DNA of 64,000 nucleotides from Yuukianura sp. NJ FZ-2021 (Eukaryota), in the NCBI GenBank assembly GCA_046563655.1, contig CM102285.1, forward strand, positions 9,982,001 to 10,046,000, given 5' to 3'. How positions within the stretch are numbered: position 1 is the first letter of the stretch; each line of letters starts with the position of its first letter. Shown piece by piece: positions 50,201 to 62,200 of this stretch. The notes beneath the pieces are model-generated. The model made no database searches, was not told the origin of the DNA, and saw only the letters and a program-made list of their open reading frames with translations. Both the position numbers and the translations under genes were made by a program.

Positions 50201-53200
50201 TGGAATACACACGCGGTCAAAATTAAAGTTTTCTTTTTCGTTTTTGAAAAGGATTTGTAATAAGGAGGTGGTGCTGTGTGTAAAGCCTTTCAGAATTTTC
50301 CTCTTGACTTTTTACCTCTTCTACAAGTTTTTTTTTCTTATTTTTTCCATGACTAATGATCCGCCAGAGGAAAAGTCGCACAAATTACTCTGCGAAGAAA
50401 AGAGTTCCTGTCGTTAGACTTTCTTTCTTGTGTGTGGTAGTTTTTCCTATTTTTCGAACCCTGTGGCACACCCGCCGCACACTTTTGAGCGTTAGATGTT
50501 TCAAACTTTCTTTTTTGAACAAGGAGACAGGATCTTTCATTAGTTGCTCTCAAAGAGAGTGGGAAAAACGTAGGAGCAAATGTGAAAGGAATGGGAACAA
50601 AGGAAGATGCAGGAAAACGCAAAAGTGAAAGTTGAATTTTCTTGATGACTTGGTTTTCTTCTAGTTCTTAAAAACTGATCACATACGTAGATTGGGACAT
50701 TCAAGTTGAGAAAACTTCACTTTTTCCTCTTCTGAGTCGGTTCATTTGATGGGCTAAGTTTTTTGGAAGATGGGAAAATGCTTCTGCTCGTTTGAACTTT
50801 GGTGAAGTTTGAAGATAATTTTGGCTTTGGCGGAAGTTAGTTTTCTAAAAAGAAAGTTTGAATTCTGGAGCAAATGGGGATGATTATGTCAATGGCGAGA
50901 ATATTGAAGTTTTTTTTTTGTAACTTTTTCCGTTACGCTGTTTCCCCTCAACCGATCCAATTTCTTGATCCATTCAATTTAAGTAAAGTCATTCCAAACT
51001 GATTTCGTCATTTTGAAAGTGGTAAGAAGAAGACTTCGTTTTTTTGGTTAAGTAAAAGTTGAAAGCGGAGAAGTTACAAAAGTTTCGGAATGGAGAGAAT
51101 AAGAAGAAAATCTCCAAACTTTTGTACTTGGTTTCCCTAATTGCTTTAATATTCTAATATTTTTTTTTCCTAACTTTCAGTTTTCGTAGTCTCTTGGGCT
51201 TGATTCGTTATAGTCGTAGGCCATAAGAGTAAGTAGTAAGGTGGAGGGAGTAACTATGCAGAGGGAAAACTTTGGGTGTGTCTCTGCTTCAGAATTTGTG
51301 TAGTGGCTTGGACAGAATGGCACACCTTAGGCGGCCAGGTCGTAATTGTTTTTATGGGAAAAGTAGCGTAGGCATAAGGTGAAAGTGCCTTTAAGTACAG
51401 CTGGGTTCGCAGAAAATGGTGGCGGGATTTCCTTTGATTTGTGACCTCGTGCGGCTTACTTTCTTTCTATTTTTTTCTTCTATTTTTTTTTCCCAAAACT
51501 CATCTTCTACACGCAACTGTGATTGTGAATTTGAAGCTGAAAGGCGATAAATTTGTAAAGTTAATATCACTCACCACACATGGGTGAGATTGAAAAGCAA
51601 TTTTTTGTAACTGATTTTGGCAAGGGTGAATACTGAGTGATCATTGAAATTCTGGTGAATTCACTTCCGTGATGGTGGTTGGGTTTAGTGTAAATTGTGA
51701 CTTTGAAATATGTTTCATTTGGTTTGGAATATTAGAGAGGGAAAGTGGGATCAAAGCGAATTTGTAATTAAGTTAGAGCAAGGGAATGCTCTCGTTATGG
51801 ATTTGGAGTTCTACTGTCCTAAGCCTTTGCTCACATGTTAGTTTACTAGTTTTGTTATTATTATGCTAATTTCCTATTTACTTTCTCTTTGCGAATAAAA
51901 TGAGAGGCGAATTCAGTGAAATGGAAATTGTAATTCTGGAAATGCGGTTCTGCTCTGAAAAAAGAGGCTTATGGAATAGAATTACCCGGTGCGGTAAAAG
52001 GGATAAAGCGAGAGCATAAAAAATTGGAATTGGTGAAAATTATGTTTTTTGTTGCTGTTCAGAGAAGTTTGTAGTGTCCGATTTGTCATTCTGGTGTGAA
52101 TAGAATTTTAAGTTGAAATGCTGTTGTTTCTGTTTGAATTTTTTGAAATCGTATTTTGACGGGGAATTGGCAAAAACAATACAATACATTGCGTAAGATT
52201 TGATCTGAAGCCTAGTGATGTGTTTCAGAAAACGAATAAGAAAAGTACGGCATGTTGTTTCTTTTTCTTTGTGAATTTTGGAAACGCTTCTTTGACAAAC
52301 GCTGTTTTGCATACCATCTTCACGCTTTTCGAAATTCAGAGTTACTCATTCCGAATTCCAGCTTCAAGCGGAGTGTAATTATTTGGACGGAGCGGAGCAT
52401 CCGGCTGTTTCGCGATGTTTTTGTGCAGAAGATGTTGTCAAGACCAAAAATGGTGTGGGAAGAGATGGAAGAATTTTTGTTTGCTTATACTAGTACTAGT
52501 ACGGAAGCTGAATTAGAAGGGATTAGCAAAAGAAAATAAAACCAGGGACTCTTAGCAATGGTAGTAACACGAGGATTGAAGTAGTGGCGCAGTGCAGGTT
52601 ACTAAAAACAAACCCACTCATTCCGTTTAGTACATTTTGGGTGTTAGGATCAAGAGCGGAACTGCTAATATTAGCCTGGCAAGCCTGTTCGGATTTTTGT
52701 GGTTTGCAATGTGAGAAAAGTCCTTGTTAAAAATTCTGGCCACATTTAGAAATTCAGATTGCGAGGAGAGATTTTTTGTTTGAAAATGGGCTCGACGCCC
52801 GCATATATCGATTTGCCCATTGTTTAATCCAGATTCTTTTGAAAATGGAAGCTGCTTGGAAAGGAGGCGGAATTACTTTTCCCTTTACATTACTTTTCGC
52901 AACTCTTTTCATTGTACCTCTTTCTCTCTCTGCCTAGAAAGAAGTTTGGCGGAAGTGTAAGGACCAGTAATGCCCTCCATTCTACTCACATCCATTGTTC
53001 ACGCCAAAAGCAACGCAAGAATTGGAATAGGTTTTGAAAAGAGAAAGTTTTCGGGAGACCATTTCCAAGTATAACTGGTAGGACGATAGAATGGAAGGTA
53101 ATAAAATTGGGCTAGACGAAAAGTAAAAGGAAAAAGTCCACTCCCATTTGTCTCCATTCCTTTGGAAGGAAGCGGTTGGATGATCCATGTAGATTGGATT

Positions 53201-56200
53201 TCTGTCTCCAACTTTTAATTCTGAGCCACATAGCAGCCCTTTCGTCGCTTTTCTACAAGTTCCAGTCTGCTGTGCTTTCACTTCCACTTTCACTTCGGGA
53301 ACGGATCACGTTTTTGTCATTGCAGAGATCCTAGGAACAGCAGAACTGTAGTCGACAGTGTCATGGCAAGCGAGCCCAGTTTCCTGTCACATCTGAACCG
53401 CACCAAAAATTCTTGAAGTTCGATACTTTTCAAAGTTGAACTTTTCGTACACCGAGGAAGTGCAACAACCCCGAAACCCAAAAAGACATCTTGCGGCTTT
53501 CTCCATTGCGGAGATTTTGAGAGACAAGAATAGGGAGAGAGTGATGGAAGAGGGTTGTAAAGTTAGTAAAAGTCAGAGAACTAACTGACAGTTTCATGAA
53601 ATGGTCCGTTGCCCTTGGCGTATTCTGAGATGCTACTTTCTCTTTTTATCTTTTTCACAAGTCTAAAAGGAAAAAGAATAAAGTTTTTTCGGGAGAACAG
53701 AACTTATGAGAAGTAAAGCGGAGAGAGCTAGAGCTGCTGGAAGCTTTGCTAAAAGGAATAGAGAGTGCAAAGTATCTGCATACAGAATGTGGATGATATG
53801 GTAATGCGGAAGGAAGGAGGCAGAAAGTGGTTTGTCAGGGGCTTAAAAGTCATGTGGAACCTGAAATATGGATGGAATGTTTGGTTTATCCTACTATGGA
53901 CAAGGAAATGCTAAGCTTTTGTCTTCTTTTGCTTTTTTCTTTCTTTCCAGTACTTTTGTCTCTTTTTGGAAGAAAGTTGGCGAAACTTTTTAGGAGTGTC
54001 AAGGGATTTTTGAAAGGGGGGCATGGGGTGGTGGGGATGGAGAGAATAATGGACCGTGTCAAAAGGGGGGCGGGGTGAGGAGATGGTGGATGCTTTTGTT
54101 AGAGGACGTTTGGGATGGAGGGAAATGAGCAATTATACAGATTCATGGACATTTATATGCATTTATACTGGGAGAAAGATTTTAAAAGTTGGAAGAAAGT
54201 TTTTATGAAGCGGAAAGCAGGAGCTTTTGTGTCTTTTAAGTCTCCAATGCTGCTGCGCTGTGAAGGTTCACTGAAATGGAAAATGAGTGTTTCTTAATCC
54301 CTAAATTTTTGTTTGTCTAAAAAAGGATTTTGAAAAGATTTGAAGATTTTAGAAGCGCTTTTGTGCTGGAGCGAAGATGAGAATAGGATTTAAGAGCATT
54401 AATTAAAAGTAAGAGTTGAGTTTGAGTTTTGATTTTGTTGATTTTAGGATTTGGTTTGATAATGGGCGGTGGAAGGTGCGTGAGATGGAGTAATTTAATT
54501 CCGTCGAAGTGGTTTAGTAGTGAAAGCATCCAGAGGCCCAAAAGTTTATAAGTTATTAACGTTAACTACCAAAGGGGAGGTCTAGGGTCTTTTGTTTTGT
54601 GTGTCTGAACTATTATTGGTTTCAGGTGATGTATTCTCCTTGTTTTCAGGCGGGGAAAGTTCACCCGAACGTATAGATTTATTTGTTTTGGTGGGTAGTA
54701 GGTGGGGTCCTTGGTGAAACTTTGTTTTCAGAATGGGAAAGTGATGAAAAGAGGAACGTAGCACACCATTTGACAATGAGAGTTGACAAGGGCTGGTTCA
54801 AAATCTAATTAACTCTGCTTTCTCCTTTGTTTGTTATTCTGTTGGGAGACAGATTTCTTTTTTCCATTTGAGAGAGAAACTTGGAAGATTTTCTGTTGTT
54901 AGGAGAAAGTTGCAACTTAGAATTCAATAGGGGACGTCCACGATTTCCTAACTTTAGGAGAAAAATGTCCAAGATCTGTTTTACTTTCTAAGGGCGAAGA
55001 GCAGTTTAAAGTTTTTATCTTGAGACAAAAGCGGAACGTACCCCGAAGACATATCAGAGTCTAGAAAAAAGAAAACTTTTCCTTAGAAATTGTGAAACTT
55101 TTGGAAAATTAGAAGAATCTGGGAAATCTGTGCGAATTACATGCAGACTAATTTTTGTGCAGATTTGATCTAAAATATAAAATGGGTACAAACACTACAG
55201 GCTCAAAGAAAAATACGAAATTGAAGGCAAAAAATTCTTTAAAAAATAAGGTTGTCGACTTCCGATGAAAGCGTTGCTTCATTTTCTGTCACTTTGTACA
55301 CTATGTTTTGAAAATTTTCTCTAATGATTTCTGACTAAAGATAAGCCTCTAAGCGAATGGAAAGTACCGAGTTTTGAGACGCAGTTTTAGTAATTTTGCA
55401 ATTTGGAATTTTCTGCGAAAAGTATGAAATCAAAGGACGTGATTGTTGGAATTGTCTGGCTAAGGGCAAAGGGCAGAAACTTTAGCGGGTAATTTTGTTG
55501 TGGTAGATTGACTATTATTGTTGGAGGGGAAGGCACACGAGGTAGTTGTTATTTCGCTCCGGTGGTTTGACAGGTATTGGGATATTTGCGGACGTGATTC
55601 AGATATAATACACCACCAAATAAATGGGCATATGAAATCCTTACCCAACTTGCACTCAATTTCGTGTTTCGTCTCCAATTTGGAGTGTGTTGTTGATGGA
55701 ACATAATATACCTGTTTTGGAGAAAGTTGTTCAAAAGTGTAATAAGCAAGAGAAAGATACAGGGAAACATTGTGGTAAGAAGGAATTGTATTTTGTATTC
55801 AAGAAACTTTGTAAGAAAAAATTTGAAAAGTTAGAGAAAACTTTTACGTTGGAAAGTGAGTTTAAGGAGGTCAAAATAAAATTCAATTGAATCGGTTTTT
55901 CTTCACAGAGGAGGATCTGAAAAAAAGTTGTTGGGAGAAAGTCAAAAGTAGGATAGTTTTTTTTAGGTTGCAATTTGGATAGGGAAGAAGACCGGAGGAC
56001 ATTTTGTGCTGGGTTTGAAATTTATGCAGGAAGTGAAAGCGGGTGAAAGTCTGAATAGATGAAATTGGCTTTTGAATTTGAGGACTCTTCTGCTGCGGAG
56101 GAGCTTCTGGAGGCGCGGGGATGTTGAAAATACAAGTTTCCTAGCATAGATTTTTTTCTTTTGCTTGTGGAACTCTCTCCTGGATTTTCTAACGTTTGAA

Positions 56201-59200
56201 AACTGGGAGAGACACAATGAGAATTCCTGGAGGCGAAAAAATTGGATTATGTAAGTAGCTCTTCTGTTCCTTTTCTCTATTCTTCTCATCAGAACCTCAA
56301 ATCGCATTAAGGTTCCCACTTCGTTTCTTCATTATAAATGTGAATACATTTATTCTAAGGACGGGGGAACTTTTCTAAAGGAAAAAGTGCTGACACAGAG
56401 TTACCTTGTTGCTATTGATTACAACAGGTAGCTCTTAGCACGATGAAACTCATTTTTCACACGTATTTTTCAATGCATTGGGTATTTTAACCTGTCGTTT
56501 TCTTGATTTGTAAACAAAATTCGGTTTAGTTGAGTTTTAATTTAAAAGTGAAAATTGGAAAGGAAAATTTATGTTTCTGGATTTGTAATTAAGTTAGTTG
56601 AAATATTTACGAAACTGTTGATGGAAAGTTTTGAAATCACAAACGAGTTTATGTTTGACTTTCTCCTCTTGACTGAACACAACATTGTTGACAATTTGGA
56701 GCTTGTTTGCCCTTCCTGCCTTGTTATTTGCAGATTGGCAACCAAAAGTGGCCCGAAGGGGCGAATCCGCGAATTTGTATGATGACAGAAAAGACGTAGT
56801 TTTGCGGAAGTGAAAGTTTGATCAAATGGGATCTAATGACCTTTGCTTGTGTTTTTGTTCAATTGGGTTTAGCGGGAAAGTTGAAATGTGGAGTAGAGGC
56901 CTTTGGAGTTCTAATTAAATGGACAAGAAGTTTATGCGTCAATTTTGGATTTCCCATCATTCGTCCAACTTAAGCTGCTCCTAATTCATTTTGAACTTCC
57001 AAGGAAAACGATCATTTCATTTCTTGAAGTTGCTTTAGTAGATCTCTCTCTCTCTCTTTCGTTTTATTAGAGAACTGAGGAAAGGGATTCCGTCTACGCG
57101 ATTTATGAGAGAACTGCAGAGGGAGAAAGTGGAAGTTGTTTTTGACTTTGGAAGAAGCAATTTCTCTGCTAGCCTAACTTTCCCTGCTTTCCTAAACCTA
57201 ACCTAACCAGAAGTCTCCGCACAAGAAAGCTAACCTAGAATGGAAACCTAACCTAAATGGAAAGGTGAAAGTTTAGAAGAGAGAAGATCAAGGCGATTTG
57301 GTCTAATGATCCCCTTTTTTCTGTTTTTCTTCACTATTTTCACATCGAGGTCGCAAATGTGTATTACATTAGTTTAACAACTCTGTATAGGGTTAAACTT
57401 TTTGACTTTTCTTTTGTTTCAAGGAAACTGAACTTTTTTGGTTGATCTTTTATCTCTTTAGTTTTTGTTTTAAATCTCTCCTCTGGCTTTGCGCTCGCTA
57501 AATCTGAAATCTCTAGAAGATGTGAGATGAGATTTGGAAAAGAGTTTTGAATTGTTGAGTTTTACAATGAAATTGAAATTGAGTCTTGTGTGCCTCTCTA
57601 GATTTTGAAAATAGGCAGGGTTTGCTTTGTAAGAGAAATTGTAGACGTGGAATTCGAGAGGCTAGGGAGAACTGTGATAGAATTTTATTGAATTTTTTTT
57701 AGTAGTTAAATGTTAAAGCATCAAATTTTGAAAGTTTGGTGGGGTCAGCGACCTTTAGTCTCACGTTATCGCCTTAGAATTTTTGGTAGCATAAAAACGC
57801 GTTTGAAAGGTACCTTTTGGACGAGAATTTATTTGAGTATCAAACTTTTGCAAAAGTGGGACATTAATTTAAGGCTAAGTTGATGTGAAATTGTCTTTGG
57901 GAGATAAGTCTTGAGCCTCTTTTGGTACTTCTTATGGTAGAATCCAATACAAAGTTAGGTTGGCTAGCGTAAGTTGGCTTGAGAGAAAGTTGGATCCCTG
58001 GAAGAAAGTTGGTGTGACTCTTAACGGCCTGGAATATATCAAGGGATCCCTTCAACTTGACTTTCCAGGGCCCTCTCTTATCTCCTGCTGCATCGTCTGG
58101 AGATCTTGGTACTTAAGGACGCTAGCAGGTTCTAATTATGTCTCTCCAAATATCTTCCAAAGAATAATTACACTTTGAGTTCCATTCTTTTCACCTGTTT
58201 CCCTTCCGTTTCTGCACTTTAGCTCTGCTATCACAGTCTTAAAAGGATTTTAAGAGAAAGGAATCCAAGGATCTTTAAACAATTTTTCTAAAGTTAATTA
58301 AAGAACTTGAAGGAAATGGGTGGATAACATCTCTAAGAAATGCAGACAATGTTAAGTACTTTCTATTTTTTTTAAAGTTAAACGTGAAAGTTACAGAAAA
58401 TGTTTAAAAAAATGCGAAAAAAAAAGTTTTGAAATGGCAATTTAGTAACTTTTTTGAAAAACTTACGCTGGTAGCTCATTTTCCTTATGTTGGAGTGAAA
58501 GTTGGCTTTATGAGTTTCCAGTTTTTGAAAAACGAAGTTGAAGTCTGAAATTTTGAAGTTGTAAACCCTCCGAGTTCTCCATACTTCATTACATTCCATA
58601 CGATTTGTGAAAAGACAATATGGGAAGTAAAGAAGTACGGAGGTCGTACGGTAGGGTGAAATTTCTCTCCAAATTTTGAATTCTGCTGAAATTTGCTTGA
58701 TCGTTTCCTGATGACGGTTGGATTTTGTTGAAGTGATGAGAAGGACGTGCACATTTACGTAAAGATCTCAGACTTTCACTTACACTTCTGCTGGATTCAG
58801 GGAAGAAAAAAATGTTTTAGTCTTTTTTTTAGTCGTTTGGGAAAAGAAGACTTGTGAAGTGGAAGATCTCTTTACTCTTTTTTTGTTTGCTTTCTCTATT
58901 GTAGTTGTCTCAGGTGTATTTAAGTTGGGATTGAAAAAAAGGCAAAGACATAATGACTTCAACACTGGGTTCTCCCTGTGCTATTTCCAAACCTTACGTT
59001 TCCTTCTTATAGTCTTTTCCATTTGTCTGATGATAGTTAAGCGTAGGGAGTTCTCATGGGACTTTGAAGGAAATTCTTCACATGGCTACTTTCTCTTTTT
59101 AGGTTCGGTTTTTCTGTTTCGTTAGGGATTGAGCAAGGGAAAAGTCAAAGAGGAAAAGTCTTTGAATCAATCTTGAAAAACGTGAGAGATCAGGGATGTT

Positions 59201-62200
59201 TTGTGTTTTGGTTAGAAATGGGAAATGCGACTTGGGAGAGAAAGTAGGTCAAGTTGCACAATATTGTTGCTAAATTTAATTCAAAACGTTTCCAAATTCT
59301 TTCTCATCCTTAAGGACTATAAGGCAAACTTGGATTTTAAAATAACACAAACTTACTTGTAAATTCAGAGTTTTAAAAACAAAAACGGAGTTACAAGAAT
59401 GATTCACGGTTTTAAAGTAAAAATTTAAGCGAGAGTCGCTGGAAGTGGACGGACCTCCTTGAAAAAGTACTTGAAATTTTGAAGTACTTGAATTTTCTTG
59501 GAAAAATAAGAGTTTTGACTCTGAAAGATTTTGAAGCGGAGACGCACTTGAGAGACAACAGACGCTGACGTTCTACTAATGCAAATGAACTGCAGTTTTC
59601 TACCTTTTTGACTACTTGGGGCCTGGACCAAAAAAATCGGTTTAGAGACGAAACCAAGTACTGTAAGGGAGAAAAAAATGGAGAAGGGAATGAAACCTAA
59701 GGCGACTTGAGCGTGTATGAGGTTTTGGCCGGGTCCAATGATTGGCTAAGTGTGGTTCATGCCATTCCAAATTTGTACAGACCCCAAAATAGAATTTTAT
59801 CTTGTAAGAAAGAGGGAAATTCGGTTTAAGAACAGAAGAAGAACGAGCCAGAAAGGATATTCTTAAGGGAAGGATTCAGTTTTCCTAAACCCCGAGAAAT
59901 GTAGGAGGGATGCATAAGATTCAAGTCCTATTCTGGAGCTGAAGGAGCCCAGACACCACCAGGGATAGGGAACAAAAACCGGGCAGCAGGGCTTGTCGTC
60001 CCCATTCATCTCCGGCTTGGATGCAAGAAGAAGACGAACATCTTCTGGCATTTCCCTTTTACTTTTTTTTTCTATCTCCTGATTTTTGGGGGTATCCGAG
60101 GATGAATCCTCATCCTCAGTGAGAGACACATATTGCAAACACTCCGCTCCGGCAGGAAAGGAGGCTTCACAAAAGCTTCGTCTGTTTCTGGAAATGGATA
60201 TGCCTCAAATCCTAGGAAAACGTTGTGCGTAAGAACAAAGTCAGTCTGGACTGTCTCTGTACTTTGTTTTGGTATGGACAGAAAAAATTCGGGTAGTACT
60301 TGAAGCTTAGTTTTTGTCGAGGATGTTGTTTCCTCTTGTGAATCCTTTGGTGCATTTTTTTAATTTTAAAACGGAAAAGGATGAAAATTATTCCATAGAT
60401 TTGAGACGGTATAGGGAAGAGAGGAGAAAGTTTGTATGAAAGCTTAGGCATTAGAGTCACAGGATGTCCGAAATGATTCTAGAAGCGGATGAGAGTTAGT
60501 TTGTGAATGCTTAGGAGCTCATGGGAAGAAGTCTCATCCGCTGGCACTTCCTTCCTTGGTCGTAGCTAGCACCACTTCTAAAGGCGAAACAACTTCTCAA
60601 ATTTCTCCCTCTTAAGAAAAAATTTCCCTCTGCATGAGGCAGGGTTTTATGTCCGCTTGGTGTCATATCATACCTAGTACTATGAAACTTACTTTAAGTA
60701 TAGGCTCCGGTCTGGATTTCTCGGAGTAATGCGGAGGAAAGAAGTTTTAGTTCATCCTGTGTGTTTTGGATGGAGAGTCATCTTTCTCTCTCATAAAAGT
60801 GTCGGGATTGGAAATTCTTCGATGAATTGTCTATGATCCAGCCAGACTAAAAGACACGTTTTTAGTAGGATTTTTTGTGCTGTCTGGCGTCTTCAACGGT
60901 TTCCGGAAGGAGAAAGTTGGTAGTCCCCGATCTTAAAAAAAAATAAGAGAAACGAAGTTAGAGAGACGACGTACATTTAATACATTTTTGTTCGAAAATT
61001 TTAGTAAGATTTTATTGGAAACTCTGAGTTTGGAGAGTTTAATTTGTTGAAAAACTCAGAATCTAGAAACTCGGTTGTAAATTTTCTCAGACGCATAAAG
61101 ACAGCTAAATCGAGTGTCTTCCAGGAAGAACATTTTAATCGGTTGTGTCATTTTACGCTTGAACTTTTTTTAAAATTTGACATTTTTTATAGTAGTAAAA
61201 CTATTACTATTAAATTTATCGAACCACAGAAAAAGACTTTTTAGGAACTCACAACAGATTAAAATGCTAGGAGCAGGCATTAGAATTTGGAATGCAATTG
61301 GTACTGGAAATCGAAACTTGAGTTTTACGAATAGCTCTACACATGCAGATCCACTTGGGTAAAGTTTGATGTCTTTTTTGGTAGTGGTTTTAGAGGGCTA
61401 GGATAAATGTAGCCATTCCTTTTGTAATTCGTCACACGTAATTTCTTTTTAGTGATGCAATTTATGGTTTGAAAGGACTTTAGCATTTGGTTGGACTTGA
61501 GGGAAGTGACCTTATAGTATTTGAGGTTGTTGAAGTAAAAGTAGTAATAGGAGTCTCTGCTCAATTGGTTATGCAGTGCCTGTGGTTTCCAAATTCTTTT
61601 CTCTGGAAGCACTTGGGAGAAGGATGTGGAGAAAGTCAATTTGCAGGATTTCATGTATGAAATTGGAATCTGGCTCTGGTTTCTCTTGGACATGGAGCTT
61701 TCCATAGGATATTGCAAGCCTAACCTCCAACGGTGGTTTCTCTACTCCCTTCGCATCGTCAGCTCTGTTTTGGACCTTATTATTTGCAGCTTCGCCAAGG
61801 AGCCAATTCGGGAAGGAGTAGAACTTGGAAGTTGAAATGAAAAGAAAGCACGGGTGAAAGGATGGTGGCTGTTACGTGGAGTGGCGAGAGACAAATAGAC
61901 CTGAGAAACATTGCTGAGGTTGATGCCAAGAATGGCCCCCAGTGGGATTTTCTCTTTGTTCTAGCCTCTCTTTTCAAAATTGTACACACATAGCCATAAG
62001 ACGCAATTGTTTTGGGCTAGAGGTGGCTTTTAGAATTGAGAATCCAAAATCCCCAATATGCTTCTCCATTTTTTTCGTTTCTTCTGCTGCGAGTTCAAAT
62101 GGAAATGGGGAAGGGACTTGGAGAAATTGAAGACGCTCGTTTGGGCCAAAGGAAAAGACGTGTTTTTTGTGTTCAGAATTTGTCTCTTGGAGACTTCTTG

